This document shows positions 47,972 to 60,982 of a stretch of DNA of 64,000 bases, piece by piece (the first letter of the stretch is position 1; each line of letters opens with the position of its first letter). The notes below the pieces were generated by a model. That model saw only the letters and a program-made list of their open reading frames with translations. It was not told the DNA's origin and did no database searches. Source of the stretch: Leucoraja erinacea (Eukaryota); NCBI RefSeq assembly GCF_028641065.1, contig NC_073391.1, positions 45,818,001-45,882,000 on the forward strand, written 5' to 3'. The position numbers and the translations under genes were made by a program.

Positions 47972-49918
47972 ATGGCCCACCAGCAAGTTCTCGCTGTGGA
48001 GAAACCATTTGTCTCTCCCGATTGTGGGAAAGGATTCACTCAAGCAAACAACCTGAAGAAACACCAGCAAATTCACACCGGAGAGAGGCCGTTCGTCTGT
48101 TCTGAGTGTGGGAAGGGATTCATTCACCCATCTCAGCTGCTGATACACCAGCGAGTGCACACCGGAGAGAGGCCATTCATCTGTTCTGAGTGCGGGAAGG
48201 GATTCATTCAATCATCTGAGCTGCGGATACACCAGCGAGTTCACACCGGGGAGAGGCCATTCACCTGCTCAGAGTGTGGGAATGGATTCACTAAGTCTTC
48301 CAGTCTGGTGATCCACCAACGGATTCATACTGGAAATAAACCATTTGCCTGTCCCGATTGTGGGAAAGCATTCACTCAAGCTGGCCATCTGAGGAGGCAC
48401 CAGCTAATTCACACCGGGGAGAAGCCCTACACCTGCTCTGAATGTGGGAAGGGATTTACTCGTTTCTCCTACATGATAACACATCAGCAAAGTCACAGCG
48501 GTGAGAGGCCATTCACTTGCTCTGATTGTGGGAAGGGTTTTATTTCTGCCGCTGTCTTAATGAAACACCAGCTAATTCACACAGGGGAGAGGCCATTCAC
48601 CTGCTCTGAATGCGGGAAGGGGTTCACTGAATCGTATATGTTAGTGAGACACCAGAGAATGCACACCGAGGAGAGGCCGCTTACCTGTTTCGAGTGTGGG
48701 AAAGGATTTATATATTTATCTCAGCTACAGTCACATCAGCGAATTCACACTGGGGTGAGGCCGTTCACTTGTTCTGTGTGTGGGAAGGGATTCACTGGGT
48801 TGTTGCACCTTCAAAGACATGAGCGAGTTCACACTGGAAAGAAACCATTTGCCTGTCGTGATTGTGGGAAGGCTTTCACTCAATCTAGCCATCTGATGAG
48901 GCACCAGAAAATTCATACAGGGGAGAGGCCGCACACCTGTTCTGAGTGCGGGAAGGGATTCATTCAATCATCTGAGCTGCGGATACACCAGCGAGTTCAC
49001 ACCGGGGAGAGGCCGTTCACCTGCTCAGAGTGTGGGATTGGATTCACTAAGTCTTCCAGTCTGGTGATCCACCAACGGATTCACACTGGAAATAAACCAT
49101 TTGCCTGTCCCGATTGTGGGAAAGCATTCACTCAAGTTGGCCATCTAAGGAGGCACCAGCTAATCCACAGCGGGGAGAGGCCGTACACCTGCTCTGAGTG
49201 TGGGAAGGGATTTACTCAGTTGTCCTCCATGATAACACATCAGCACAGTCACAGCGGTGAGAGGCCATTCACTTGCTCTGATTGTGGGAAGGGTTTCATT
49301 TCTGCCGCTGCCTTAATGAGACATCAGCGAATTCACACAGGGGAGAGGCCATTCACCTGCTCTGAATGCGGGAAGGGGTTCACTGAATCGCACATGTTAG
49401 TGAAACACCAGAGAATACACACCGGGGAGAGGCCGTTTGCCTGTTTCGAGTGTGGGAAGGGATTTATACGTTTATCTCAGCTACAGTCACACCTGCGAAT
49501 TCATACTGGGGAGAGGCCGTTCACTTGTTCTGTGTGTGGGAAGGGATTCACTGTGGTGTCCGACCTTAAAAGACATGAGCGAGTTCACACTGGAAAGAAA
49601 CCATTTGCCTGTCCCGATTGTGGGAAGGCATTCACTCAATCTAGCCATCTGATGAGGCACCAGCTAATTCATATTTGGAAGAGGCCGTCCACTTGTTCTG
49701 TGTGTGAGAAGGGATTTAGTCAACTACATGAGCAACAATCACACCAGCAAATTCACACTGGGGAGAGGCCGTTCACTTGTTCGGTATGTGGGAAGGGATT
49801 CACTAACTCTACCAATTTGGTGGCCCCCCAGCGGGTGCACACTGGGGAGAAACCGTTCATCTGTCCTACCTATGGAAAGGGATTCACTCAGTTACCCTCC
49901 TTAGTAAAACACCAATGA
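47972..49918 (+). CDS. C2H2 zinc-finger-only protein (ZNF-9), about 20 intact fingers of 23 units
   Basis: ORF 47903..49918 with first ATG at 47972. Acceptor at 47884-47885, donor at 46563, AATAAA at 50147-50152. Confidence 0.87.
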   Translation: MAHQQVLAVEKPFVSPDCGKGFTQANNLKKHQQIHTGERPFVCSECGKGFIHPSQLLIHQRVHTGERPFICSECGKGFIQSSELRIHQRVHTGERPFTCSECGNGFTKSSSLVIHQRIHTGNKPFACPDCGKAFTQAGHLRRHQLIHTGEKPYTCSECGKGFTRFSYMITHQQSHSGERPFTCSDCGKGFISAAVLMKHQLIHTGERPFTCSECGKGFTESYMLVRHQRMHTEERPLTCFECGKGFIYLSQLQSHQRIHTGVRPFTCSVCGKGFTGLLHLQRHERVHTGKKPFACRDCGKAFTQSSHLMRHQKIHTGERPHTCSECGKGFIQSSELRIHQRVHTGERPFTCSECGIGFTKSSSLVIHQRIHTGNKPFACPDCGKAFTQVGHLRRHQLIHSGERPYTCSECGKGFTQLSSMITHQHSHSGERPFTCSDCGKGFISAAALMRHQRIHTGERPFTCSECGKGFTESHMLVKHQRIHTGERPFACFECGKGFIRLSQLQSHLRIHTGERPFTCSVCGKGFTVVSDLKRHERVHTGKKPFACPDCGKAFTQSSHLMRHQLIHIWKRPSTCSVCEKGFSQLHEQQSHQQIHTGERPFTCSVCGKGFTNSTNLVAPQRVHTGEKPFICPTYGKGFTQLPSLVKHQ

Positions 49919-51379
49919 GTTCACACTGTGGAGAAAGTTTAAATGAGCTGTCTGTCCACTGTTTAATCATCACAGTTGTTAAATCCAATTTCAAGTACAC
50001 AATTGTCTGTTGGTGTTCAACTCTGGTTTCTGCTGCTGCTCATCACCTCCAGGGCTGAGCCCTGGTGACTGGGCACAGTTATGGTTTTGCTGATGTTAAG
50101 AATTGCTATAGCTGAGCTGGAGGGTTAATATTCTGGGTCTGTGACAAATAAATGAGTTATATATATATATGCCATTTATTGTCACTATACATGTACAGTG
50201 AAACTGAAAGCTGCTCGTACTCAGTGCATACATACAATTTTACACAAAAAACAAGAAACAGAAAAACAAAACAGAAGGGAGATGGGGGGGGGGAAATAGG
50301 TGCACAAATTCTACGGCGCTACATACATATATACATATATACAGATGGAAGTCCGTGTTGGGCGGTGTAGTCAGTGCATGTGTGGATTTGAATTTATGGT
50401 AGATATAATTCTCGGGAAGCAGCTATTCCTGAGTCTGTTTGTCCTGGATTTGATGCACCTATAGCGCCTTCCAGAGGGCAGCAGGTCGAACAGTCCAAAC
50501 GCAGGATGGGAGCTGTCTTTGGTGATCTTCTTTGCCCTGCTAAGGCAGCGGGAGGTGTAGATGTCCATCAGGGAGGGGAGAGGGCAACCAATGACCAGTT
50601 ATGTTGTAAACCATGTATCACAGGTCCTTTAGTCTGTCTGCAACGCACTCAACACGCGTGGAGAGGCCGTTCGGCCCAGCTGCTCCCTGCCACTGTTTCT
50701 TTAATATTTTTAGCTTGTAACAAAAATAATTTTGTTGCAATTACATAGACTTTATCTATGAAAGAGCTCTGTGTAGTGGCCATTTGGCTTATTTTGTGTG
50801 TCATTAATTATGGCATATGTCTTTAAATTTTAGACTGCCCGTTATTATGTGGGTGGGATTTATTACGTATTCTAGGGCGTGTTTTATGGAGAAGCTTAAT
50901 TTTTTTGTTTAGTTTTGTACTCACATGGGAAGGTTAACTCTTCGACCATGTGACGTTTAACCGAGACACGAGGAGTTTTCTAATGTTTAAGCGATATGCT
51001 GGAGTTTGACGAAGGTTAAAGTGTACGAGTCAGAGTATAAGGTTGGATGTATAGCTTATTGTTTTTCTTCAACAAGAAAGAAACTATTAATCAAAAGACT
51101 GTGTTATGAAGATTTATCTGTGAAGAAGCTCTGAAGGTCTCATTGAGAGCTTACATGCGTATTACGACATTCTTGGAGAGGTAGTAATCTCTTGAACTAT
51201 ACAAAAATCTGCTACTATACTCTGGGAAGGATTGATATTGCAAATGGGTTAAGGGGAGAAGGCTGCAGAATGGAGTTGAGGGGGGGGGGGGGGGGGGAAT
51301 AGATCAGCCATGATTTAATGGTCCCTTAACTACCTTTCCCTCGACACAATAATGTTCAAGTCTTGCTCACGTTTTCTTA

Positions 51380-51910
51380 GGATCAAAACTGTTGCAGAAC
51401 CACGGCAGTTTTTGTTAAAATTTCCCACGCCATGAAATGTTTTGACTTTCACCAATAAGTCAACATATCGCTTGTATGCTGAGACTCCACACAAGAGAAT
51501 CGAGTGGCTGTTTGGGAAACGCAGAGCCATTAATATCCGAACAGTTCCATGGCGCCCATCTTACCCAGAAACCTCCGCGCCGCAGAACTCGCCCTATGTT
51601 GAAGGCGATACCGAGCGCGCAGGCGCGGAGAGCCCGGAAGTGGTGCGGCCAAGGCGCGCATGCGGTCCGCGGAAAAAAGACTCCGGAGGATCGGCGGCGG
51701 GTAGGAGCGGGGATCCGGGCGCGGGATCAGTCAGCACCGAGGCCCCGGCCTGAGGAGCGGCCCCCGGTTGCGGGGAGAATCGGTGCGGTCCCCGGGGACA
51801 CGGTGCTGGCGGCATCTGGCCCTGGTGGCGCATGCGCATCGGCTGCACGATGACGCATAGACCGGTTTCTGCCTCATTAGGGGTTGTGGGTAAAGAGGCG
51901 GCCATTGATA
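51380..51910 (+). promoter_or_regulatory. ZNF promoter/exon-1 module (ZNF-10)
   Basis: Full motif set, donor at 51701. Confidence 0.78.
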
Positions 51911-52204
51911 GTCGACCGGCTGTTTGTCCCCCCAAATCATCCCGCGGGCCAGTAGTTTGACAGCCCTGCTTTAAACCAATACCCTCTAGTTCTTGAATCA
52001 CATATCCCGGGAAAAAGACCATGCATTCACCTTATATTCCCCTCATGGGTTTTACTCACCACTAAAACAATCTTTGCTTTATTTTGAACTTCCAGCACCT
52101 GCAGATTTTTGAGCGTGAAGAAATTTATGATCAGCGTGAGACCGCGATAATTTTGTGAAATGCGTGACTGTCACACTCAATGCGTGAGAGTTAGCAGCCC
52201 TGTC

Positions 52205-52765
52205 ATAGGTTTCAATAAGATATCCTCTCATCCTTCAAAATTCCAGAGTATACAAGCCCAGCCGCTCCATTCTATCAATATATGCCAGTCCCGCCATCCT
52301 GGGAATTAATCTCATGAACCTACGCTGCAGTCCCTCAATAGCAAGAATGTCCTTCCTTAAATTTGGAGACCAAAACTGCACACAATACTCCAGGTGTGGT
52401 CTCACTAGGGCCCTGTACAATAGCAGAAGGACCTCTTTGCTCCTATACTCAACTCCTGTTGCTATGAAGGCCAAAATGCCATTCACTTTCTTCCCTGCCT
52501 GCTGTACCTGCATGCTTACTTTCGGTGACTGATGAATAAGGACACCCAGATCTCGTTGTACTTCCCCTTTTCCCAACGCCACCATTCAGATCATAATCTG
52601 CCTTCCAGTTTTTACCACCAAAGTGGATAACCTCACATTTATCCACATTAAACTGCATCTGCCCACTCACCCAACCTGTCAAAGTCACCCTGCATCCTCA
52701 TAGCATCTTCCTCACAGTTCCCCCTGCCACCCAGCTTTGTGTCATCTGCAAATTTGCTAATGTTT
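52205..52765 (-). mobile_element. CR1 fragment
   Basis: ORFs 52235..52585 and 52449..52688 (QMQFNVDKCEVIHFG). Confidence 0.85.
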
Positions 52766-53028
52766 TTACTTTTGTGTCTCAGCATAGAGACATGAATTGC
52801 TTCGTCTAAAACACTGATCTTTGCCTATTAATGTTTAAGTAAATGAGTCTGAAGCGGTGCCTTGACCCAAAACATCACCCATTCCTTGTCTCCATAGATG
52901 CTGCCTGTCCTGCTGAGTTACCCCAGCTTTTTGTGTTTCTATAATATTTATTGTAAACTCTTTTTACAGGAACAAGCAGTGGATTTGTGAAAGGGAATCT
53001 CAAACTGGTTCAGTTCATCAGTACCTGA

Positions 53029-53787
53029 ATGCGATTCACTCAACCTTCTCACCTGATGGCCCACCAGCAAGTTCTCGCTGTGGAGAAACCATTTGTCTGT
53101 CCCGATTGTGGGAAAGGATTCACTCAAGCAAGCAACCTGAAGAGGCACCAGCATATTCACACCGGGGCGAGGCCGTTCATCTGTTCTGAGTGCGGGAAGG
53201 GATTCACTCGTATGTCCAATATGATAACACATATGAGAGTTCACACTGGGGAGAGGCCGTTCACTTGTTCCGAGTGTGGGCAAGGATTCACTCAGTTAGC
53301 CAACATGATAACCCACCAGCGAGTCCACACTGGGGAGAGGCCGTTCACCTGCGCTGTGTGTGGGCAAGGATTCACTCAATCTCCCCACCTGGTGACACAT
53401 CAACGGATTCACACTCAGGAGAAGCCATTTGCCTGTCCTGATTGTGGGAAAGACTTCTCCCGTGCATGCCAGCTGAAGAGGCACCAGCAAGTCCACACCG
53501 GAGAGAGGCCGTTCATCTGTTCTGATTGCGGGAAGGGATTCATTCAATCATCTGACCTACTGAGACACCAGCAGGTTCACACTGGGGAGAGGCCGTTCGC
53601 CTGTTCTGAGTGTGGGAAGGAATTCACTCGTTTGTTCAACATGATTATGCACCAGAGAATTCACACCGGGGAGAGACTGTTCATCTGTTCTCAGTGTGGG
53701 AAGGGATTCACACAATTTTCCCACCTGGTGACCCACCAGCAGGTTCACGCCATGGAGAAACCAGAGGCCTCTCCCAACTGTGGGTAG
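53029..53787 (+). CDS. C2H2 zinc-finger-only protein (ZNF-10), 8 fingers
   Basis: 252-aa ORF. Acceptor at 52968-52969, donor at 51701. The conserved poly(A) element was not found downstream. Confidence 0.83.
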   Translation: MRFTQPSHLMAHQQVLAVEKPFVCPDCGKGFTQASNLKRHQHIHTGARPFICSECGKGFTRMSNMITHMRVHTGERPFTCSECGQGFTQLANMITHQRVHTGERPFTCAVCGQGFTQSPHLVTHQRIHTQEKPFACPDCGKDFSRACQLKRHQQVHTGERPFICSDCGKGFIQSSDLLRHQQVHTGERPFACSECGKEFTRLFNMIMHQRIHTGERLFICSQCGKGFTQFSHLVTHQQVHAMEKPEASPNCG

Positions 53788-55999
53788 GAGGGTAGGCCTC
53801 ACTTGTACATTTTAACCTGCCGACCAACGAGAGATTTCACACAGGGGAGAGGGCATTCACCTGGTTAGTGTGTGGGAATTGACTGAATTATCTGAACAAT
53901 CAACACATCAGCACAAGGTCACTGGGCACAGTTGGGGTCCTTCAAACCATTATCTTTCAGTTGTTAAAAAGATCTTTATTTTATGTTCTATGGGAAGAAA
54001 GACGTTGAAAGTTTACATACAAGGAATTTGCCTTGGTGCTTTGCTCGCAAAAGGATAAAACACGATACACAGTCAATTAAAAATAAAACATTATAATTGA
54101 AACGTGAAAATAAAGTACCAGAGTGGCGGCACTGCCTTAGTAGCTGCGGCTCGCCTGCAGTCCGTCTATTTTTTCTTTTCTTTTGTCCTGTTTTAGTTCA
54201 TTTTAGTTGATTAGTTGATTAGGCTGTGGGGGGGGGGGGGGGGAGAAAAACATATTTTTGGTCTCTTCCTTCGGGGGGATGCGATATTTTCTTGTCGTAT
54301 CCTCCGTCTGCGCTGAGGCCTAACGGTGGCGGAGCTGGCCCGACTCGGAGCTGTGGCGGTCCGGCTTCCGGCGGCGGCGGGCCCGTGGAATATCGGGGCT
54401 CGCCTCAGCGGCGTTCCGAGACAAAGACTTTAAGCTTTTGCCTCCGGCTTCAGTGAGGAGGTGCCTCGGCCGCGGGCCCAGTGGTGGATGTTAAATTTGG
54501 AATTGTATGTTGGATCGCCTCAGTGCAGAGGGACTGCAAGGCAAGGAATTTTGAGACAAAAAGGATACTTTGACTTTTGAAAAAGAGGCTTTTGGCTGTT
54601 GAGTAGACCTACTGCTCGTGGAAAAAAAGTTGTTTTTATATCTGGTTGTGGTGACTTTGATAGTCCAGAGTCGCCTCCCAGAGGGAAGTACTTCAAAGAG
54701 TTTGTGGCCAGGGTGGGAGGGATATGTTTTACCCACTCATTTCCTGGCATTGCAGTATACAGTTCGTTAATGGGGGAAGGTTGCACAAAATTCTCAGTTC
54801 AGAAGCGAATGGTATGTTCTGAATTTGACAATAAAGGGAGGTACTTTTGACTTTTGAAACACCTGGAGTATTGCGTGCTTTTGGCTGTTGAGTAGACCTA
54901 CTGCTCGTGAAAGGAAGTTTCACCAGAAAAGGACTGTCTTATGAAGTTGTTTTTATATCTCTAGAATTTAGGAGATTGAGAGGGGATCTTATAGAAACTT
55001 ACAAAATTCTTAAGGGGTTGGACAGGCTAGATGCTTGGGAAGTCCAGGACAAGGGGGATAAGGGGGATCAAAACCGAGATGAGGATCTTTTTTTCCACAC
55101 TCTCTGGAACTCCTGCCACAGAGGGTTTGCAGTGTACAAGAGGGAGTTAGATGTTAATGTGGGGGGATCAGAGGGTTGCAGAGAAGGCAGGTACGGGACA
55201 TTCTCAGCCATGATCGGCGGTACAGGCTCGAAGGCGAATGGCCTACTCCTGCCGGTGTTATGCTTGGGGACTGAGCCAAACCAGACCATAATGGAGAAGG
55301 TGAGGACAGACTCTATGATGGTAGCGTAAAACTGGACCATCATTGTCTGTGACAGGATGTGTTTCCTCAGCTGCTGCAGGATGTATATCCTCTGTTGTGC
55401 ATTTCTGACTGTGGAGCAACAGAAGATAACTAAAAAGGCAATATGGGTAGAAAGGATGAAGTACGAAGGTAAGCTAGCCAAGAATATAAAAGGAGGATAG
55501 TACAAGCTTCTTTGGGCATGTGAAGAGGAAAAAATTAGTTAAGACCATAGTTGGACCCTTCAAGACTGAAAAAAGTGAATTTATTATGAGGAACAAGGAA
55601 ATGGCAGACGAGTTGAACAGGTACTTTGGATCTGTCTTCACTAAGGAAGACACAAACAATCATCCTGATGTACTAGTGGCCAGAGGATCTAGGGTGACGG
55701 AGGAACTGAAAGAAATTCACATTAGACAGGAAATAGTGTTGGGTGGACTGAAGGCTGATAAATCCCCAGGGCTTGATGGTCTGCATCCCAGGGTTCTTAT
55801 GGATTATGGCCCCAGAAATCATGGATGCATTTGTGATCATTTTCTAATCTATCTATACTATTTCTAAAGTCTCATCTTGACCACTTCCTGTCTACGTTGT
55901 AAATACATTTTAGAAAAACACTACCATATATCGCTATGATTTTTTTCGCATCTTACTCACCGTCCTCCTCTCCGCCATTGCCTGACGCACGTGTTTTCT

Positions 56000-56830
56000 T
56001 TGGATCACAATTGTTGCAGAACCACAATATTACAGTTCAAAATTCTCACCCCTTCGATGTGTTTTAATTTGCACAAATAAGTCATCGTGTCGCTTGAGGG
56101 GGCTAGCTGTGTTAAATTGTCTCCCGGGTCTCCGCACAAAAAGACCAAGTGGCTGCCGTCCGTTGGGAAACAGTTGAGCCGGTGATTTCAGATTATTTCC
56201 ATGGCGTCGTTTTTACCCAGAAACATCCGCGCTTCAGAACTCGCCCTATGTTGCAGGCGATACCAAGCGCGCAGGCGCGGAGAGACCCAAGGCGCGCATG
56301 CGGTCCGTGGACAAAAGACTCCGGAGGATCGGCGGCGGGTAGGAGCGGGGATCCGGGCGCGGGATCAGTCAGCACCGAGGCCCCGGCCTGAGGAGCGGCC
56401 CCCGGCTGCGGGGAGAATCGGTGCGGACCCCGGGGATTCACTGCCGAACCGCAGAGCGTTTTGAGGATCTCGCTGCCGTCTGGAGAGTCTGATCAGTGGA
56501 GGCGAGGAACTGCAGATGCTGCTTTACAACAAAGTGCAGGAGGAACGCAGCCGGTGCAGAGACGCTGCCTGAACCGCTGCCTCAGTCCTGCAATGTGCGA
56601 CTTACTTTGGTATAAAACCAACACCTGCAGTTCCTTTATTGCTTCAAAAGACTCCGGGGGGTCGGCGGCGGGTGGGAGCGGGGATCCGGGCGCGGGATCA
56701 GTCAGGGCCGAGGCCCCGGCCCCCGTCTGCGGGGAGAATCGGTGGCCTGGTGCATCGACGGCACCGTGCACGGATAGACACGTTTCTGGCTCGCTGTGGA
56801 CGCTGGGTAAAATAGCGGCCATGGATAGTC
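56000..56830 (+). promoter_or_regulatory. ZNF promoter/exon-1 module with duplicated exon-1 end (upstream of ZNF-11)
   Basis: Donor at 56339. A second copy of caaaagactccgg..ggcggcgg|gtggga lies at about 56645-56745. Confidence 0.72.
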
Positions 56831-57239
56831 GAGTCAAGTCACTTTTATTCATACAGCACATTTAAAAAACAACTCTCGTTGGCCAAAGTGCTTTACATTG
56901 GTGGAGGTACTAACGTTATACAACAGTGGTTCATAAATTTAAGTATATACATAAATACATACATATAGCCCTCACTCAGAGGACGTCAAGAAAGTCTTGA
57001 GATAAAGATGAGTTTTAAGTCTCGACTTAAAGGAGTCGATGGAGGGGGCAGTACTGATGGGAAGAGGGATGCTGTTCCACAGTCTGGGAGCTGCAACCGC
57101 AAAGGCACAGTCGCATATAGCACATCAGCGCTTCACTGTGGATCCAAAGAGGGTATTTGGATTCCTTTTCTACCAGAGAGTGATCAGTGCATACGAGGAC
57201 GTGCTGATACTGGTTTACTCAAAGCCTGAGTCTAGCAGT

Positions 57240-60200
57240 TGAGAGGTCATGTTGCAGTTGTATAAGACTTTGCCGAGACCGCATTGTGCTCGGTTCTGGG
57301 CACCATGTTATAGGAAAGATATTGTCAAGCTTGAAAGGGTTCAGAGAAGATTTACGAGGATGTTTCCAGGACTAGAGGGTCAGAGCTAAAGTAAGCTGGG
57401 TCTCTATTCCTTTGATTCGCACGAGGATGACGGGTGATCTTATAGAGGTGTATAAAATCATGAGAGGAATAAATCGGGTAGATGCACAGAATCTCTTGCT
57501 TGGGGAATCGAGGACCACAGGTTCAAGGTGAAGGGGAAAAGATTTAATAGGAATCTGAGAGGTACCTTTTCACACAAAGGGTGGAGGGTGAATGGAACAA
57601 GCTGCCAGAGGAGTTAGTTGAAGCTGGGACTATCCCAACATTTAAGAGGCAGTTAGACGGGTACAAAGATAGGATGGATTTGGAGGGATATGGACCAAAT
57701 GCTGGTAGGTGGGACTAGTGTAGCTGGAACATGTTGGCCAGTGTGGGCAAGTTGAGCGAAGGGCCTGTTTCCACACTGTATCACTGTACGACTAAAAAGG
57801 ATACAGCGTATCGGAATAACATTTGGTCAGAAGAAGGGCACCTACTGTCCACTGGGCCCACCACAGTCAATGAACAGACAGAAGATGGCATGTTCCCCCA
57901 GCTAACTTTCAGCCTGGCTGTTACAGTGTGATGTCATATTTCCAGACTGATTCCTGGGATGTCAGGACTTTCATATGAAGAAAGACTGGATAGACTCGGC
58001 TTGTACTCGCTAGAATTTAGAAGATTGAGGGGGGAATCTTATAGAAACTTACAAAATTCTTAAGGGGTTGGACAGGCTAGATGCAGGAAGATTGTTCCCG
58101 ATGTTGGGGAAGTCCAGAACAAGGGGTCATAGTTTAAGGATAAGGGGGAAATCTTTTAGGACTGAGATGAGGAAAACATCTCTGGAATTCCCTGCCACAG
58201 AAGGTAGTTGAGGCCAGTTCATTGGCTATATTTAAGAGGGAATTAGATGTGGCCCTTGTGGCTAAAGGGATCAGGGGGTATGGAGAGATGGCAGGTTCAG
58301 GATACTGAGTTGGATGATCAGCCTTGATCATATTGAATGGCGGTGCAGGCTCGAAGGGCCGAATGGCCTACTCCTGCACCTATTTTCTATGTTTCACCAG
58401 AGATACAAAAATTACCTTGTCTGAAACAATGATCTTTACCTATTAATGGTTAGTAATCTAGTACCAAGTGTAACGAGAGGGAGAAAGTAGAACTCAAAGC
58501 AGGCAATAATAGAAACACAAGCAGCTCTGAGGCAAACAGACATTGTTGGTAGGGTGCAGCAAGGGCTAAACACAGGGAAACCAGTGTGGAATAATGCAGG
58601 TCCAACAGAAAGGAGGAGATTGTAGTCCAGGTACATTGTCAAGAGTGTTTTATTGTCATATGTCCCAGATAGGGCAATGAAATTCTTACTTGCTGTAGCA
58701 CAACAGAGTATGTAAACATAGTACATAATGGGAGAAGAAAAAAAAGTTCAGTGTGTGTATACACATGCCCACATCATTCATGTAACTTATAAAACTCTGG
58801 ATGTTCGCTTGTGCGGATCCTTGCTTGTTTGCTTGAACTTTTTCTTTGATTTACATCTCCTCGAAAACCCGATGCGGTAACGGTGAAATGTTTACACATT
58901 CCGGTAGAGATTTACCTGATGATTTCAAAAATCCCATCCTCTGTAAATTTGATTCATTATTTCCCGAGTTTTTTACTAACATTGTTCATAAAATTGGGGG
59001 TAGATTATCTCAATGGGATTAGGTTAGGTAAGGGGGAGGTACAGAGACACCTGGGTGTCCTTGTACACCGGTCACTGAAAGGTGCAGGTACAGCAGGCAG
59101 TGAAGAAAGCTAATGGAATGTTGGCCTTCATAACAAGAGGATTTCAGTATAGGAGTAAAGAGGTTCTTCTGCAGTTGTGTAGGGCTCTGGTGAGACCACA
59201 TCTGGAGTATTGTGTACAGTTTTTGTCTCCTAATTTGAGGAAGGACATCCTTGTGATTGAGGCAGTGCAGCGTAGGTTCACGGGATTTGTCTCTGGGATG
59301 GCGGGACTGTCATATGAGGAAAGATTGAAAAGACTAGGCTTGTATTCACTGGAGTTAAGAAGGATGAGGGGGGAATTTTACAGAAACATATACAATTATA
59401 AAAGGGCTGGATTAGCTGGATGCAGGAAGAATGTTCCCAATATTGGGCGAGTCCAGAACCAGGGGCCACAGTCTTAGAATAAAGGGGAGGCCATTTAAGG
59501 CTGAGTTGAGAAAACACTTTTTCACCCAGAGAGTTGTGAATTTATGGAATTCCCTGCCACAGAGGGCAGTGGAGGCCAAGTCACTGGATGGATTTAAGAG
59601 AGAGTTAGATAGAACTCTAGGGGCCGGTGGAATCAGGGGATATGGGGAGACGGCAGGCACGGGTTATTGATTGGGGTTGATCACAATGAATGACGGTACT
59701 GGCTCGAAGGGCCAAATGGCCTCATCCTGCACCTATTTTCTATGTTTCAATAAAGGAGATGTTAGTGGCAGCAGAGCAAGGCAGTGGGCGCATTAGGTGG
59801 AGAAGAAATTGTGTCAGCTGGTGACGGAAAGGAAATGTATGTTGCCTGGGTTTCAACAACTAAGTTACAGAGATAGGTTGAATAAGTTAGGTCTTTATTC
59901 TCTGGAGCGCAGAAGGTTAAGGGGGGGGGACTTGATAGAAGTCTTTAAAATGATGAGAGGGATAGACAGAGTTGATGTGGACAATCTTTTCCCTTTGAGA
60001 ATAGGGAAGATTCAAACAAGAGGACATGACTTCAGAATTAATGGACAGAGGTTTAGGGGTAACATGAGGGGGAACTTCTTTACTCAGAGAGTGGTAGCGG
60101 TGTGGAATGAGCTTCCAGTGGAAGTGGTGGAGGCAGGTTCATTGGTATAATTTAAAAATAAATTGGATAGGCATATGGATGAGAAGGGAATGGAGGGTTA

Positions 60201-60310
60201 TGGTATGAGTGCAGGAAGGTGGGACTAAGGGAAAAAAAGTTGTTCGGCACGGACTTGTAGGGCCAAGATGGCCTGTTTCCGTGCTGTAATTGTTATATGG
60301 TTATATGGTA
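57240..60310 (+). mobile_element. Four CR1 3' fragments of different subfamilies (~57240-57790, 57943-58395, 58997-59748, 59836-60310)
   Basis: Repeated LGLYSLE.RR.RG and FFTQRVV..WN.LP translations and CR1 tails. Confidence 0.82.
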
Positions 60311-60982
60311 TGAGATGCAGATGGTGTGTTTCTTTCCGGTTGTTTTATTTGCGGTTGATATTTGTGGCGTTAAGAGTTCGATGGTGGGTGAGGTTAAGTG
60401 AAAAACCGGATGAGAGTGTTTCGCATTTGTTTGACCGATTTAATCGTCTACAGTTTCATTTATTTAGCAGATACTGATACTTGAAAAGGAGGCGTAGTCC
60501 TCTTTCTTACGGTTTGGCTTTCTTCCCAACTAATCGTTCAAGCGCTTTTGGTTGCAACATGCGCCTTCATTTAGTTCAACAAAGAAACTAACAAGTTACT
60601 AAAGGTTTTCAAGAAGGAACTGCAGATGCTGGAAAATCGAAGGTACACAAAAAATGCTGGAGAAACTCAGCGGGTGCAGCAGCATCTATGGAGCGAGGGA
60701 AATAGGCAACGTTTCGGGCCGAAACCCATCTTCAGACTAAAGTTACTTAAGGTGGTGCCGTCAGGTACTGAGGGGGGTGGTTTTAGGATGCCAGAACTAA
60801 CTGCAGAGGTATTGTGAGCCTAACTGAACTTAGTGTTTTAATTGCAATTGTGACCTCTTTCTACAGGGTAGAACAAGCAGAGGATTTGTGCACCAGAATC
60901 TCAACGTGTCCAGTTCACCAGCCACCTGCTGGGGCGGATTGACAGATTCGGCTGAGCCAGCGAGACGCCAGAGGGTTACTGC

